DNA of 64,000 nucleotides from Chthonomonas calidirosea (GCA_945859975.1 CAMAPH010000003.1:64001-128000), one strand, 5' to 3'; positions 37,820-48,104 are shown, counted from the stretch's first letter. Notes: a model not told the origin generated them from the letters alone. Made by a program: numbers and translations.

Positions 37820-38884
37820 ATGACCACTCCCCTCGATCTCGGAAATCGCCAGGTACTTACCGAACTTGACCCGCTCGGCATGCTCGCCTTGATCGAGGAC
37901 TTTCCTGATCAGTGCCGACGGGCCTATGCGATCGCATTGGCCGCCGAAGTAGGCAGCCTCAACTTCGAGCCATCGTTCGCCGTGCTGAGCGGCATGGGTG
38001 GATCTGCGGCAGGCGGAGATTTTGTCAAAGCCGTTTTCGAAGCGCAAGGCACGATTCCCTTCCAAGTGATCCGAGATTACGACGTTCCGAACGGCGTTGG
38101 ACCCAACACGGTTGTGTTCATCGCAAGCTATTCGGGAAACACCGAAGAAACCCTCAGCGCATACGAGCAGGCAACCGAGCGCGGAGCGCACATCGTTGTC
38201 GTGAGCAGTGGCGGCAAGATTTCTGAGCTCGCAAAAGAGCGCAATCAAACGTTGATCACGGTTCCCGGAGGCCAGCCGCCTAGATCGGCACTGGGCTACA
38301 TGTTGATTCCCGTTCTCGTGGCTTGCGAAAAGCTCGGACTCATTCCGGCTCAGCCGTACGAATCAGCTTTCGCTCTGCTCGACCAGGTAACGGCCGACCT
38401 TGGTCCAGCCGCACCAAACAACGACGCGATGGCGCTTGCAAACCAGTTCCACGGAAAAGTTGGCCTCTGCTACGGCCTTGGCGGATACCGTGGCTACATC
38501 GGAAATCGCTGGCGATGCCAGTTCAACGAGAACGCGAAATACCTGCTGTTTGCAAACTCGTATCCTGAGCTTTGCCATAACGAGATCGTGGGCTGGGTCG
38601 AGGCGAAGCAACAAGCCGATGCTTTCTTTGGCGTCGTTTTGCAAGATGGAACTGAGCCGGAGCGCATGAAAGTTCGGGCACAGGTTACGGCCCAGGTCAT
38701 CGGCGAGGACGTGGCCACGTTTGCCCCGGTTTTTGCTCGGGGAGAAGCCTTGCTTGAGCGCATGTTGACTCTCACGTTCATCGGTGACTGGGTAAGCATT
38801 TATCTGGCGCGACTCAATGGCGCGGATCCAACCCAGATTGCCAACATCGACACCTTGAAGACCGAGCTGGCCAAACTCGGATAA
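37820..38884 (+). CDS. Bifunctional phosphoglucose/phosphomannose isomerase
   Basis: GMGGSA, SYSGNTEET, QPPRSA, QFNENAK, PELCHNEI. Confidence 0.92.
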   Translation: MTTPLDLGNRQVLTELDPLGMLALIEDFPDQCRRAYAIALAAEVGSLNFEPSFAVLSGMGGSAAGGDFVKAVFEAQGTIPFQVIRDYDVPNGVGPNTVVFIASYSGNTEETLSAYEQATERGAHIVVVSSGGKISELAKERNQTLITVPGGQPPRSALGYMLIPVLVACEKLGLIPAQPYESAFALLDQVTADLGPAAPNNDAMALANQFHGKVGLCYGLGGYRGYIGNRWRCQFNENAKYLLFANSYPELCHNEIVGWVEAKQQADAFFGVVLQDGTEPERMKVRAQVTAQVIGEDVATFAPVFARGEALLERMLTLTFIGDWVSIYLARLNGADPTQIANIDTLKTELAKLG

Positions 38885-40095
38885 TGGCGACGCGTAGCCA
38901 TTCCGAGATTCGCGAACGGTTCCCGGCCTTGGCTTCAGGCTATGTCTTCATGGACAACGCCGGCGGGTCACAGGTGCCGATCGACGTGATTGAAGCGACG
39001 ACCCGCTACTTCCACGAAACCTATGTACAGGTCGGCGGGGCGTATCCGGCGTCCATCGCGGCGACCGAGAACATTCAACTCGCACGAGAATTCCTCCGCC
39101 AATTCTTTGGGGACGATGTTGCTCAAGCACAGGGTGAGGTGATTCTCGGTTCGTCGACAACCGTGCTCATGAACCTGCTAGCGGACGCAATCGCAAACCA
39201 GTTGCCAGCCGGTGCCGAGATAATCGTTGCAGAAAGCGGTCACGAAGCGAACGTTGGCCCCTGGGTGCGGCTTGAGGATCGTGGGTTCAAAGTGACACTT
39301 TGGCCCATCGATTCCGAAACGGGCCACTGTCGGCCCGAGACCCTAGCCTCGCTTGTGACCGAGAAGACGGCCATCGTTGCCTGCCCGCACGTTTCGAACC
39401 TTCTCGGGTCGGTCGAAGACATCCGGACCGTAACGGCAATCGCTCACAAAGTCGGCGCGCAGGTGGTGGTAGACGGCGTTGCCTTCGCTCCGCATCTTCC
39501 GCTTCAAGTTCTGGACTGGGGCGTCGATTGGTATGTGTTCAGCGCCTATAAGGTCTTCGGGCCACACATGGCAGCGCTTTGGGGCAGGACATCTCAGCTT
39601 CAAGCACTGAAAGGTCCAAATCACTTCTTCATCCCGCAGGACGGAACGGCGTATGCATTCGAACCTGGTGGACCGAACCACGAGGGTTGCGCCGGAATTC
39701 GCGGACTGGAACGCTACTTGGAGTGGCTCGCTCCCGGCGGCAAGCAAGCCGCCATGGCCCGAGTTGCCGAGATTGAAGCACCCCTTACCGAGCAGCTTCT
39801 GGCGTTTCTAAACTCGAAGCCGAATGTCCGCATCATCGGGCCAAAGGACGCTTCTTCCGAACGGCTGCCGACGATCTCCTTCGTCCACGCCAGCTTAAGC
39901 AATGCTCAGATCGTAGCTACCGCTGCCGAGCACGGCATCGGAATCAAGTCGGGACATTTCTACTCTTATCGACTGTGCGAAGGGCTCGGACTTTCGCCCG
40001 AAGAAGGTGTGGCTAGAATAAGCCTGTCGCACACTACGAGCCAACTCGAGTTGGAAAAGCTGTTCGACGTGCTCGGACCAATCCTGTCGGCTTAA
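38884..40095 (+). CDS. Cysteine desulfurase-like class V PLP aminotransferase
   Basis: DNAGGSQVP, HEANVGPW, VDGVAFAPH, FSAYKVFGPH, GHFY. Confidence 0.85.
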   Translation: MATRSHSEIRERFPALASGYVFMDNAGGSQVPIDVIEATTRYFHETYVQVGGAYPASIAATENIQLAREFLRQFFGDDVAQAQGEVILGSSTTVLMNLLADAIANQLPAGAEIIVAESGHEANVGPWVRLEDRGFKVTLWPIDSETGHCRPETLASLVTEKTAIVACPHVSNLLGSVEDIRTVTAIAHKVGAQVVVDGVAFAPHLPLQVLDWGVDWYVFSAYKVFGPHMAALWGRTSQLQALKGPNHFFIPQDGTAYAFEPGGPNHEGCAGIRGLERYLEWLAPGGKQAAMARVAEIEAPLTEQLLAFLNSKPNVRIIGPKDASSERLPTISFVHASLSNAQIVATAAEHGIGIKSGHFYSYRLCEGLGLSPEEGVARISLSHTTSQLELEKLFDVLGPILSA

Positions 40096-40706
40096 GCCGG
40101 GACTGAAATCCGGTCGTCGATAAAGTTCAGGACCGCGGCGACGTTAAGGTCGGTATCGACTTCGCCACTGACCACGACGTCCGCAAGGTCGCGGATCGGC
40201 TGTACGTAGCGATAAAACATTGGCGTGACCTGGTTTCGGAACCGGGCCATGACTTCTTTCTCGTCACGTCCCCGCTCGCGAACGTCTCGGTCCAATCGGC
40301 GGCGTAGGCATTCTTCCTCTCCGGTGTCAACGAAGATGCTGACGTCGCAGATTTCGCGAATCGGGGAATAGCAAAGGGAGAAGATGCCTTCAATCATCAC
40401 CGTCTTGCGAGGAAGTACCTTGTGACGGCGTGGGCTGCGGGTGTGCTTCGTAAAATCGTAGCGTGGCGCATCGATGGCTCGTCCGGCACGGAGGAGTTCA
40501 ATGTGCTGTTGCAGAAGCTCGTGATCGATGGCCTCCGGGTCGTCAAAGTTGACCCGGCATCGCTCTTCGAACGGAAGATGGTCCAGCGGACGGTAGTAGT
40601 CGTCCGTGCGAATAATCACGGCTTCCAATCGTGCCGCAAGCGCGTCGGCAAGCGTAGTTTTCCCGCTCGCTGATCCCCCTGCTATTCCGATTGTTGTACG
40701 ATACAT
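40092..40706 (-). CDS. udk: Uridine kinase
   Basis: IGIAGGSASGKTT, DDYY, NFDDPEA, YDFTKH, RRLDRDVRERGR. Confidence 0.9.
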   Translation of the reverse strand: MYRTTIGIAGGSASGKTTLADALAARLEAVIIRTDDYYRPLDHLPFEERCRVNFDDPEAIDHELLQQHIELLRAGRAIDAPRYDFTKHTRSPRRHKVLPRKTVMIEGIFSLCYSPIREICDVSIFVDTGEEECLRRRLDRDVRERGRDEKEVMARFRNQVTPMFYRYVQPIRDLADVVVSGEVDTDLNVAAVLNFIDDRISVPA

Positions 40707-40851
40707 CCCCGATTCTGAGGGTACCAGCAAAGAGCTGGGGGTATCCAAACTTGGCTGATCTTGCGCCCGGAAGCACAACATTGGTTACTACCATATTCGA
40801 ACTCCTAACCAGATCAACGGTTCGCGAACTCAAAAAGACTGCGAGAGACGG

Positions 40852-41793
40852 CTACTTGGAACTTAGCTTCAGCGAACGGCTTATCCGGCTCAGAACATCA
40901 TCCACGGAAATTCCGCTGAGCGACTCGGAATCGTATAAGCAGTTCTCGACTTGGCCATATGGGCAAGATCGCTTTGGACGCGTGATACTGTAAAGCCCGA
41001 TGGCGGGGGTGCCGACAGCAGCGGCGATGTGCGTGCTACCCGTGTCTCCCCCGACATGGATGGACGCCATTCGGATCAGTGCTACCAATTCACGAACATT
41101 CGTTTCACCGATAAGATCGACAAACGTGCCTCCGGCAGCGGCGACTTCCGCGCCGGCCGCGCGATCAGCAGCCGCTGGACCACCGACCAGAACCGTCGGC
41201 AGATCATCGGAACGGCAAGCCTCAATGAGCTTGGCAAAGCTTTCTGCCGGCCAACGCTTGGTCGCCCAGCCCGCACCCGCGTTCATTACGGCGAACCGAC
41301 CGACGAGACCGCGCTCCTTAAGCTTCTTTCTTACCGACAGCACGTCGGCTTCCGGGGCTTTTAGCCGAAACTCAGCTTGATCAACTTCAACCCCATAGGC
41401 TCGGACCACGTCAACGTACTGATCAACAATGTGGAACGAGGTCGGGTCTGGCTTAACCGCGCCAGAAAAGAGCCAACTTCCCTCTCGCTGCCAGTGGTAG
41501 CCAAGCTTGACCTCCGCCTTGGCGCGCGCTAGGCAAAGACCGCTCTTTAAAAGCCCTTGAAGATCAAACGCTGCATCAAATCTTTCTGGCCAAGTAGGGA
41601 TCGCCGAGAGCCCCGGCTTCACGACGGCCACTTCGTCCACCGCATCACAGCATTCGACAATGCCCGCAAACCGACGATCAACCGCCCACGTGATGTGGCA
41701 GTCTGGATGGGCCGATTTGAGGGCACTCGCCACCGGGAGCGAACAAACAACGTCTCCCAGCGCGGAAAGACGAGCGATCAGAAAGCGCTTCAA
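40852..41793 (-). CDS. Glycosyltransferase family 9 (LPS heptosyltransferase-like)
   Basis: RLSALGDVV, DLQGLLKS, KRWP, GDTGSTHIAAA. Confidence 0.9.
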   Translation of the reverse strand: MKRFLIARLSALGDVVCSLPVASALKSAHPDCHITWAVDRRFAGIVECCDAVDEVAVVKPGLSAIPTWPERFDAAFDLQGLLKSGLCLARAKAEVKLGYHWQREGSWLFSGAVKPDPTSFHIVDQYVDVVRAYGVEVDQAEFRLKAPEADVLSVRKKLKERGLVGRFAVMNAGAGWATKRWPAESFAKLIEACRSDDLPTVLVGGPAAADRAAGAEVAAAGGTFVDLIGETNVRELVALIRMASIHVGGDTGSTHIAAAVGTPAIGLYSITRPKRSCPYGQVENCLYDSESLSGISVDDVLSRISRSLKLSSK

Positions 41794-42722
41794 ACGTTCA
41801 CCGCTTGAGACAATTGGTGAAAGGCAGCGAGAACTTCATCTGTCGAAACCGAGGACGTGTCCTCCCCGTGCTTGAGAACAATGCCATTTGTCGCGTAAGG
41901 ACGAAAAGTGTTGGGGTCAGTTGGACCAAACACACTCACCACCGGGGTGCCAAGCGCTGCCGCCATGTGCCCGGTCCCCGTGTCTGCCGCAAGGTGGACT
42001 ACGCTCCTTGCAACAACGCTCAACGTATCTTTCAATCGCAGTTTCCCGACCTCGTTCGTAACGCCCGGCATATCAAAGCCTTTGTCGGTTCGACCACCAA
42101 GCAGCGTCACTTCGTAACCGGCAGCGACAACTTGTTCTGCAATATGCTGCCATCGCTCCAAAGGATAGGCCTTAAATTCTTGCCCGGCGGAAACCGAAAT
42201 GCTCACTAACTTCGGATTTGTCTCGGACGAAACAGCGGGCATCACCGGCATCTTGGGAAGACTGTAGTCCCCCATTGTTTGCAGGACACGCTGAAACCAC
42301 TCGATTTGATGAAGCCCTTCCGGGCGATTGCCAAGGACAGGATTCAGCTTCGCCGCGAAGCCATCTGTTGCCGCCGCAGAAATACGTCGCTTCGGGGAGG
42401 CAATGCGAAGGCAAATGGCAGTTTTAGAGTGTCCTTGAAGATCGATGCCGAAGTCGAAGCCGATCTTCCGTAATCGGGTGTGCTTTAAAACTTGCTCCTG
42501 CCAGGTTGTCGGAGACCATTTTTTCAGCCGCCATCGATCTCGCGGAAACTCAACCCGCTGGCTTACGAGCCGATGCCGATCGATCACCGGAGCGCAACGG
42601 CCCTCAACGGCCCACACCAAGAAAGCATCCGGATGCCGTTCTTTTATCGAGGTCGCCGTCCACGCCGCCATCACGCAGTCACCGATTGCGCTGAAGCGAA
42701 CCAACAGAATCTTTGGCCCCAT
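41790..42722 (-). CDS. Glycosyltransferase family 9 (second paralog)
   Basis: RFSAIGD, DLQGHSK, DTGTGHMAAALG, SVFGPT. Confidence 0.9.
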   Translation of the reverse strand: MGPKILLVRFSAIGDCVMAAWTATSIKERHPDAFLVWAVEGRCAPVIDRHRLVSQRVEFPRDRWRLKKWSPTTWQEQVLKHTRLRKIGFDFGIDLQGHSKTAICLRIASPKRRISAAATDGFAAKLNPVLGNRPEGLHQIEWFQRVLQTMGDYSLPKMPVMPAVSSETNPKLVSISVSAGQEFKAYPLERWQHIAEQVVAAGYEVTLLGGRTDKGFDMPGVTNEVGKLRLKDTLSVVARSVVHLAADTGTGHMAAALGTPVVSVFGPTDPNTFRPYATNGIVLKHGEDTSSVSTDEVLAAFHQLSQAVNV

Positions 42723-42733
42723 GTACTTTTAGT

Positions 42734-43633
42734 TTAACGCGCTGTGATAAGTCCAGCACGTTTTGCGCTTCGCCAACGATCGTGGAGCCAAAGGTACTGC
42801 TCGGGATACTCCCGAATGACTGATTCAAGGACTGCGTTCATCTCAGCCGCGATCTGGGTCGGATCATCGCACGTATTGTCTGGGTCGATCATCGGTTTCA
42901 CGATGCAGTGGAATTTGCCGACGCCAACTTTTGCGCAATACACCGGAACCAGAGGCGCGCCGCTGCGCTTGTGAATAATCGCTGGACCAAGGACCGTGCC
43001 GCAGGGGTAGCCGAAGAACGGAACGAAGCACTCGGAAGAGTTCTGATCCGGTAGTACCGCCACCAGCCGCTTGGATTTGAGTGCGCTCAGCATCCCGCGG
43101 GCCGCGCTGCCTCGGCTTAAAACTTCAATCCCGGTGCTTTCCCGGAACTTCAGAACCTTGCTCTGAAAGCCTTCATCCTCAACGTCGCGAGCAACCACCG
43201 TGATGGGCCAATCAAGCGCCGTTCCGAACGCCGCAAACCGCTCCCAGTTCCCGAAGTGCGCGGTGAGGGCAAGGATGCCTTTGTCTTGCTCTTTCGCGGC
43301 GTTCACGTATTCCTCGCCCTCGTAAGTTGTGCTGGCGATTAGTTGCTCCTTCGTTCGCAAGCGGCTCCGAAGAAAATCGGCCATGAGCATTCCGAAATGC
43401 TCGAAAGTTCGCGTGCCTAGGCGAAGAACCTGAGCTTCGTTAAGTTCTGGAAACGCCATCGCAACGTTGGCGAGCGTCTGGGTTCGGTGCTTTTTGTCTA
43501 AGCGCATGAAGAGGCGGCCCAGTTGGGCGCCTCGGCGCTCCGCATCGGCTTCGCTCTTTTTCTCAAAATGCCGGACCGCATGGTCGAACACGTTGCTGGC
43601 CAATCGGTTAAGCGCTTGCTTTTTAGAGATCAT
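42734..43633 (-). CDS. lpxL: Lipid A biosynthesis acyltransferase (LpxL/HtrB family)
   Basis: TAHFGNWE, LPDQ, VPFFG, PEQYLWLHDRW. Confidence 0.88.
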   Translation of the reverse strand: MISKKQALNRLASNVFDHAVRHFEKKSEADAERRGAQLGRLFMRLDKKHRTQTLANVAMAFPELNEAQVLRLGTRTFEHFGMLMADFLRSRLRTKEQLIASTTYEGEEYVNAAKEQDKGILALTAHFGNWERFAAFGTALDWPITVVARDVEDEGFQSKVLKFRESTGIEVLSRGSAARGMLSALKSKRLVAVLPDQNSSECFVPFFGYPCGTVLGPAIIHKRSGAPLVPVYCAKVGVGKFHCIVKPMIDPDNTCDDPTQIAAEMNAVLESVIREYPEQYLWLHDRWRSAKRAGLITAR

Positions 43634-44579
43634 TCAACCGCTCTTCTATCCACGTCATAAACTCATCCGCAGGCTCAATCCGAACGGAATGCTTCGCAAC
43701 AATCAAGTGCCGCTCGGCGAGGTCTCGTCTCTCGCGAAGCTTTACCCAGTCCTTTTGCGTAGTTATGATCGGCAGATCCACCGGCACGGGAGCCAAAAGG
43801 TTACCTGCCTGCAAATCGTCATGGTCCGGTAAGCGAAGGTCTCGCGCCGGGGGGCCGGATACTTTTCCGCTCGCCAGCAAACTTTGTAAAAAGCGCTCTG
43901 GTTGCCCGATTGCGCTCAGAACCGCGTATTCACCGCCAACCGGGTCAACTTCAAGCGGATTGGCAACCACGCGAAAGTCCCCGGGGATGACTAAATCCGC
44001 ACGTCGCTTGCGCCAGCGGGGCTCGCGGTACGGCCCGGCCGGGAGACAAAGTCGATTTCGTCTAGGCGGATCGAGCACGACCGAGACCCGTTTGGCCACC
44101 GGCAAATGCTGAAAGCCGTCGTCCATCACCAGAATCGAATCCGCGAACTGCTCTCCGGCAATCGTAGCCGCGGCGAGCCGGTCTCGACCCACGATGATCG
44201 GGACGTTCGGGAGTTCTTCGCGAAAAAGTGCTGGCTCATCTCCCCAAGCCGAAGCTAGGATGGGGCCATCTGGCGCAAGCTGCGCCCCGGTCGACATGGG
44301 CCCACCGTATCCGCTACTGCTGATCACAACCCTATGGCCACGAGCCAAGAGTTGTTGGGCAACGAACACTACCGTCGGCGTCTTTCCAACCCCGCCGACG
44401 ACCAGATTGCCGATGCACAAAGTGCGTGGGTGAGGCATCTTCGCCCGCTTGAGTCCGAGCTTGTACCACGCCAGATAGCACTCCCATCCGATTGCATAAA
44501 GTCCGGCGAGTGGAAGGAGCGCGATCCGCCCCAGAACCGGGCCGATGGCACGTGATTCCCAGAACTCCTCGACGTGCAT
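43623..44579 (-). CDS. lpxK: Tetraacyldisaccharide 4'-kinase (start at 44579 or 44588)
   Basis: IGNLVVGGVGKTP, GDEP, MDDGFQH, LPAGPYRE, DH, TTQKDWVK. Confidence 0.92.
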   Translation of the reverse strand: MHVEEFWESRAIGPVLGRIALLPLAGLYAIGWECYLAWYKLGLKRAKMPHPRTLCIGNLVVGGVGKTPTVVFVAQQLLARGHRVVISSSGYGGPMSTGAQLAPDGPILASAWGDEPALFREELPNVPIIVGRDRLAAATIAGEQFADSILVMDDGFQHLPVAKRVSVVLDPPRRNRLCLPAGPYREPRWRKRRADLVIPGDFRVVANPLEVDPVGGEYAVLSAIGQPERFLQSLLASGKVSGPPARDLRLPDHDDLQAGNLLAPVPVDLPIITTQKDWVKLRERRDLAERHLIVAKHSVRIEPADEFMTWIEERLNDL

Positions 44580-44613
44580 GGGACTCATTCTGGCAAGGTT
44601 CCATACTCAAGAT

Positions 44614-44946
44614 ATGGCGACCCTCTTCACCAAGATCATTGCCCGTGAGATACCGGCCGAGATCGTGTATGAAAATGAGCATGTCGTGGCGTTTAAGGAC
44701 ATCGCGCCACAAGCACCCGTGCATATCGTCATCGTGCCGCGCCAAGAGATTCCTGGGCTCGCATCCTTACCCGAGACAGGAGACCACTTGGCCATCCTGA
44801 ACGCGGCAAAAACGATCGCCGAACAGTTCGGGCTCACATCCGGCTATCGGCTGGTGATCAACCAAGGCGAGGATGCCGGACAGTCGGTGCCCCACCTTCA
44901 CGCGCATTTGCTTGGCGGGCGAACTTTGAGTTGGCCTCCTGGCTAA
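44614..44946 (+). CDS. Histidine triad nucleotide-binding protein (HinT)
   Basis: TLFTKIIAREIPA, GQSVPHLHAHLLGGR, WPPG. Confidence 0.95.
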   Translation: MATLFTKIIAREIPAEIVYENEHVVAFKDIAPQAPVHIVIVPRQEIPGLASLPETGDHLAILNAAKTIAEQFGLTSGYRLVINQGEDAGQSVPHLHAHLLGGRTLSWPPG

Positions 44947-44968
44947 AGAGTGCGATATAGTGACGCTT

Positions 44969-46348
44969 ATGCGTCGTCTCGCCATCGCCCTAATGTTCGT
45001 TCTCGGTGCAGCCGTTCCGGCCGATTACCCAATCTTCGAGACGGACTTCATTCCCCCCGCCGAGCATAAAGAGCGGAGAGACAAGGTGCGTACGGCGATT
45101 GCCCAAGGCGGGGTCGCGGTCTTCTTTAGCAACCCGGAGCGAAACCGCAACAACGACGTTGATTTTCAGTTTCGGCAAGACTCAAACCTCCTCTATTTGA
45201 CGGGTTTCAACGAACCGGACAGCGCCCTGGTCTTGATTCCAAATGGCATCGAGGTGAACGGCAAAACGGTTAAAGAAGTTTTGTTCTGCAATGTTGCGAC
45301 TCCGATGTCGGAAACATGGCTTGGCTACCGCATGCAGCCCAAGGGAGCTGAATCGATCCTGAAGATCGAGGCAGCGCTTCCGAACACCGACTTCGCAAAT
45401 TTCCTGAACCGATTGCCGACCGCAAGCGCAGTAAAGGCGACTCTCCCAGATGGTCCAACCGGGCAACTGTCTCGGATGGTAGAGGCTTACCGGACTTGGG
45501 AGGCAAAGACTTCAGCGCCAAAACCAAGCCTGAACGATACGCTCGCGAAGTACCGGGTCATCAAATCTCCCGATGAGCTGCGACTGATGCGCCGGGCCAT
45601 TTCCGCTTCGGTTGACGGACACATTGAAATGATGCGGAGCGCGGAAAAGGGCATGAACGAGTACGACCTTGGCGCGATCTTCCACTACGTAATTGGACGC
45701 CGAGGGTGTGAGTACGTGGGCTATCCGAACATCGTCGGTAGCGGCCCGAACGCCTGCACTTTGCACTACACGGCGAATCGCCGAAAAGTGACCGGAGATG
45801 ACCTGATCTGTGTGGACGCCGGGGGCGAGTACCACGGCTACACCGCCGACGTCACCCGAACCTGGCCCATCGATGGCACATTCAACCCGGAACAAAAGGC
45901 GATTTACGAACTCGTGCGAGAGGCCCAAGAAGCTGGAATCCGCGAATGCGTCAGCGGCAAGCCATTCAGTGGTACCGATCGAGCCGCGCGATCGGTGATT
46001 GCGAAAGGCTTGGTCAAACTTGGAATCATCAAGAAGGAGAATGAGGCCGGGATGTACTTCATGCACGGCACCTCGCACTTCCTGGGACTTGACGTCCACG
46101 ATTCACAAGGCGCCAACGTGCTGGCACCGAACATGGTGCTCACGGTGGAGCCGGGCATTTACATCAAGGCAGGCAGCCCGTGCGACCAAAAGTGGTGGAA
46201 CATTGGCGTGCGCATTGAGGACGACATTCTGGTGACGAGCGGCGCACCCGTGAATCTAAGCGCCAAAGCCCCACGTACGATCGCGGAGATTGAGAAGCTG
46301 ATGGCACAGACCGGGATCGGAAACGTCCTCTTCGGCACGGACAAGTAA
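44969..46348 (+). CDS. pepP: Xaa-Pro aminopeptidase (M24B) with a predicted signal peptide
   Basis: FRQDSNLLYLTG, TLHY, DAGGEYHGYTADVTRT, HGTSHFLGLDVHD, TVEPGIY, GVRIEDD. Confidence 0.9.
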   Translation: MRRLAIALMFVLGAAVPADYPIFETDFIPPAEHKERRDKVRTAIAQGGVAVFFSNPERNRNNDVDFQFRQDSNLLYLTGFNEPDSALVLIPNGIEVNGKTVKEVLFCNVATPMSETWLGYRMQPKGAESILKIEAALPNTDFANFLNRLPTASAVKATLPDGPTGQLSRMVEAYRTWEAKTSAPKPSLNDTLAKYRVIKSPDELRLMRRAISASVDGHIEMMRSAEKGMNEYDLGAIFHYVIGRRGCEYVGYPNIVGSGPNACTLHYTANRRKVTGDDLICVDAGGEYHGYTADVTRTWPIDGTFNPEQKAIYELVREAQEAGIRECVSGKPFSGTDRAARSVIAKGLVKLGIIKKENEAGMYFMHGTSHFLGLDVHDSQGANVLAPNMVLTVEPGIYIKAGSPCDQKWWNIGVRIEDDILVTSGAPVNLSAKAPRTIAEIEKLMAQTGIGNVLFGTDK

Positions 46349-46352
46349 AGCC

Positions 46353-46383
46353 ACGGTCCCTGGCAAATTTTGCCAGGGACCGT
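46353..46383. terminator. Hairpin between convergent pepP and DUF1800 genes
   Basis: ACGGTCCCTGGCAAA/TTTGCCAGGGACCGT perfect inverted repeat. Confidence 0.7.
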
Positions 46384-46387
46384 CAAC

Positions 46388-47794
46388 TCAGGCGAACTGG
46401 AATTCGGGAGTAGCGAACAGAAGTCGAGAAACCGATGAGCCGACCTTCTGCGCCATCACGCGGTTCATCGGACCGGTCATTTCTTTTTCGGCATTTGCAA
46501 CCAAGATCTTTCGACGATCTGGATTCAGCTTCGCGTCGAAGAGGGAGGCAAGGCGATCCACGACTTCAGACGGCGTTGTTGCACCGTTGAAGAGGGCTTC
46601 GTATGGATACCCATTCCCAATTCGTCGACCTTTGCCCGTGCCGAAGAGCGCCGCAGACCAGCCCATCCGCTCCACCATCGTCGCCGAAGAAATCCAACCT
46701 TCGCCGCCTTCCCAACCCGCGACGTCCGGCGGATAGAGCAGTTGCATTCCCATGTTTTTCATCGTTGTTCCTGCTCCATAAGCTGGGAGGAGTGCAATTC
46801 GTTTGTCCAAGCCTCGGCTCGTGGATTCACGCATGATCGGCCCGAACCCGAGTTGCCGCAAGGTCGGAACGACAAAGTCAACGGGTGTCTTCACAACCGC
46901 ACGCTCCGCCTTGTCCGAGTAGAACTCGCTCGAACGCATGATCGCCTTCAGCGTGGTCTTGATGTCGAGGTTCGAATCACGGAAAACCTTTGCGATTCGG
47001 GCCACGAACTTGGGCTCGGGCTCGGGATAGACAAACCAAGCGAGGAGCTTTTCCGTGATGTACTCCGCGGTTCGAGGCATTTCGCAAAGATGATTTAAAA
47101 CGTCTTCACCGGTAAGCGGGCCGGACTTGCCGAGGACGACTTTCATTCCCGTGTCGTGTAATCGCGGACGGAAGAGGAATTCCCCCTTTGGTGGTTGACC
47201 GTCATCCACGTTTCGGCGAGATCTCATGACCGACCAACCCGTAAATGCCCTTGCAGCCTCTTGTACGTCTTTTTCCGAGTAGTTTCCGACCCCGAGGGTG
47301 AAAAGCTCCATGACTTCTCGCGCGAAGTTCTCGTTGGGCTTTCCACGGACGTTCTCCTGATTGTCGAGCCAAAACAGCATCGCAGGGTCTTTGCTCATGT
47401 TGGTGAGCAAAGAGCGGTAGTTCCCCGTGGCGTACTGCCGAAGGGTCTCATTCTGCTGCAGCATGAACTCGGAGGCTTTAACCTTGCTCGCGCTCGTGGC
47501 GAAATGGTCGTGCCAAAACAAGGTCATTTTCTCTTGCAACGGACGGCGCGTCGCGATCATGCGAGCAATCCACCAGGCCGTGAGAATCGGCATCGGGAGG
47601 TTTTTTGCCTTTTCCGGCTGCAAGTCGTACGGGTTGATGTTGAACCCTTCGTCAACCGATTCGTACTCGGTCAGGCGGTCAACGGCTCCGTTGAGACCAT
47701 CCTTCAAGTAATAGTCCAGTTCGGCCTCGCTTGCGCCAAGGCCAAACCTCCGTAGCAAGTGGGCTCCCTTTTCTCGATCGGTCTGAAGCGGCAT
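46388..47794 (-). CDS. DUF1800 domain protein
   Basis: HLLRRFGLG, EKMTLFWHDHFATS, PNENFAREVMELFTLG, YPPDVAGW, PEFQ. Confidence 0.92.
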   Translation of the reverse strand: MPLQTDREKGAHLLRRFGLGASEAELDYYLKDGLNGAVDRLTEYESVDEGFNINPYDLQPEKAKNLPMPILTAWWIARMIATRRPLQEKMTLFWHDHFATSASKVKASEFMLQQNETLRQYATGNYRSLLTNMSKDPAMLFWLDNQENVRGKPNENFAREVMELFTLGVGNYSEKDVQEAARAFTGWSVMRSRRNVDDGQPPKGEFLFRPRLHDTGMKVVLGKSGPLTGEDVLNHLCEMPRTAEYITEKLLAWFVYPEPEPKFVARIAKVFRDSNLDIKTTLKAIMRSSEFYSDKAERAVVKTPVDFVVPTLRQLGFGPIMRESTSRGLDKRIALLPAYGAGTTMKNMGMQLLYPPDVAGWEGGEGWISSATMVERMGWSAALFGTGKGRRIGNGYPYEALFNGATTPSEVVDRLASLFDAKLNPDRRKILVANAEKEMTGPMNRVMAQKVGSSVSRLLFATPEFQFA

Positions 47795-47842
47795 GAAAGC
47801 TAATGACGGTCAAACGCAGGTGAGGTTCACCGAGAAGACACG

Positions 47843-47873
47843 AAAAAGGTCAGCCGATTGTTCCGGCTGACCT
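47843..47873 (-). terminator. Intrinsic terminator after the small 65-aa gene
   Basis: AGGTCAGCCG/CGGCTGACCT stem followed by UUUU on the minus strand. Confidence 0.75.
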
Positions 47874-47906
47874 ATGGAAGCGGTTTGAAGAGCGAAGCGA
47901 ACTCGC

Positions 47907-48104
47907 TTACTGAATCTCTTCGCCTTCGAAAGCGGTGTAATCCTTTTCGGAGCACAGCTTGTACAACGGGGTGCCGTTCTCTTCGGCAACGAACTGGTAG
48001 CGCACCTGCTCAGCAGACTTGGTCTTGATGAACACTTTTCGCTTCTTGACTTTGCTGTCTTCTACCTCAACGTGAGTACGGGTCTTAAGATTATAAAACT
48101 TCAT
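47907..48104 (-). CDS. Small (65 aa) hypothetical protein with a Lys-rich N-terminal half, possibly CC1/DUF5679-like DNA-binding
   Basis: SD GAGGG 4 nt before ATG, own terminator; MKFYNLKTR...RYQFVAEENGTPLYKL. Confidence 0.7.
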   Translation of the reverse strand: MKFYNLKTRTHVEVEDSKVKKRKVFIKTKSAEQVRYQFVAEENGTPLYKLCSEKDYTAFEGEEIQ

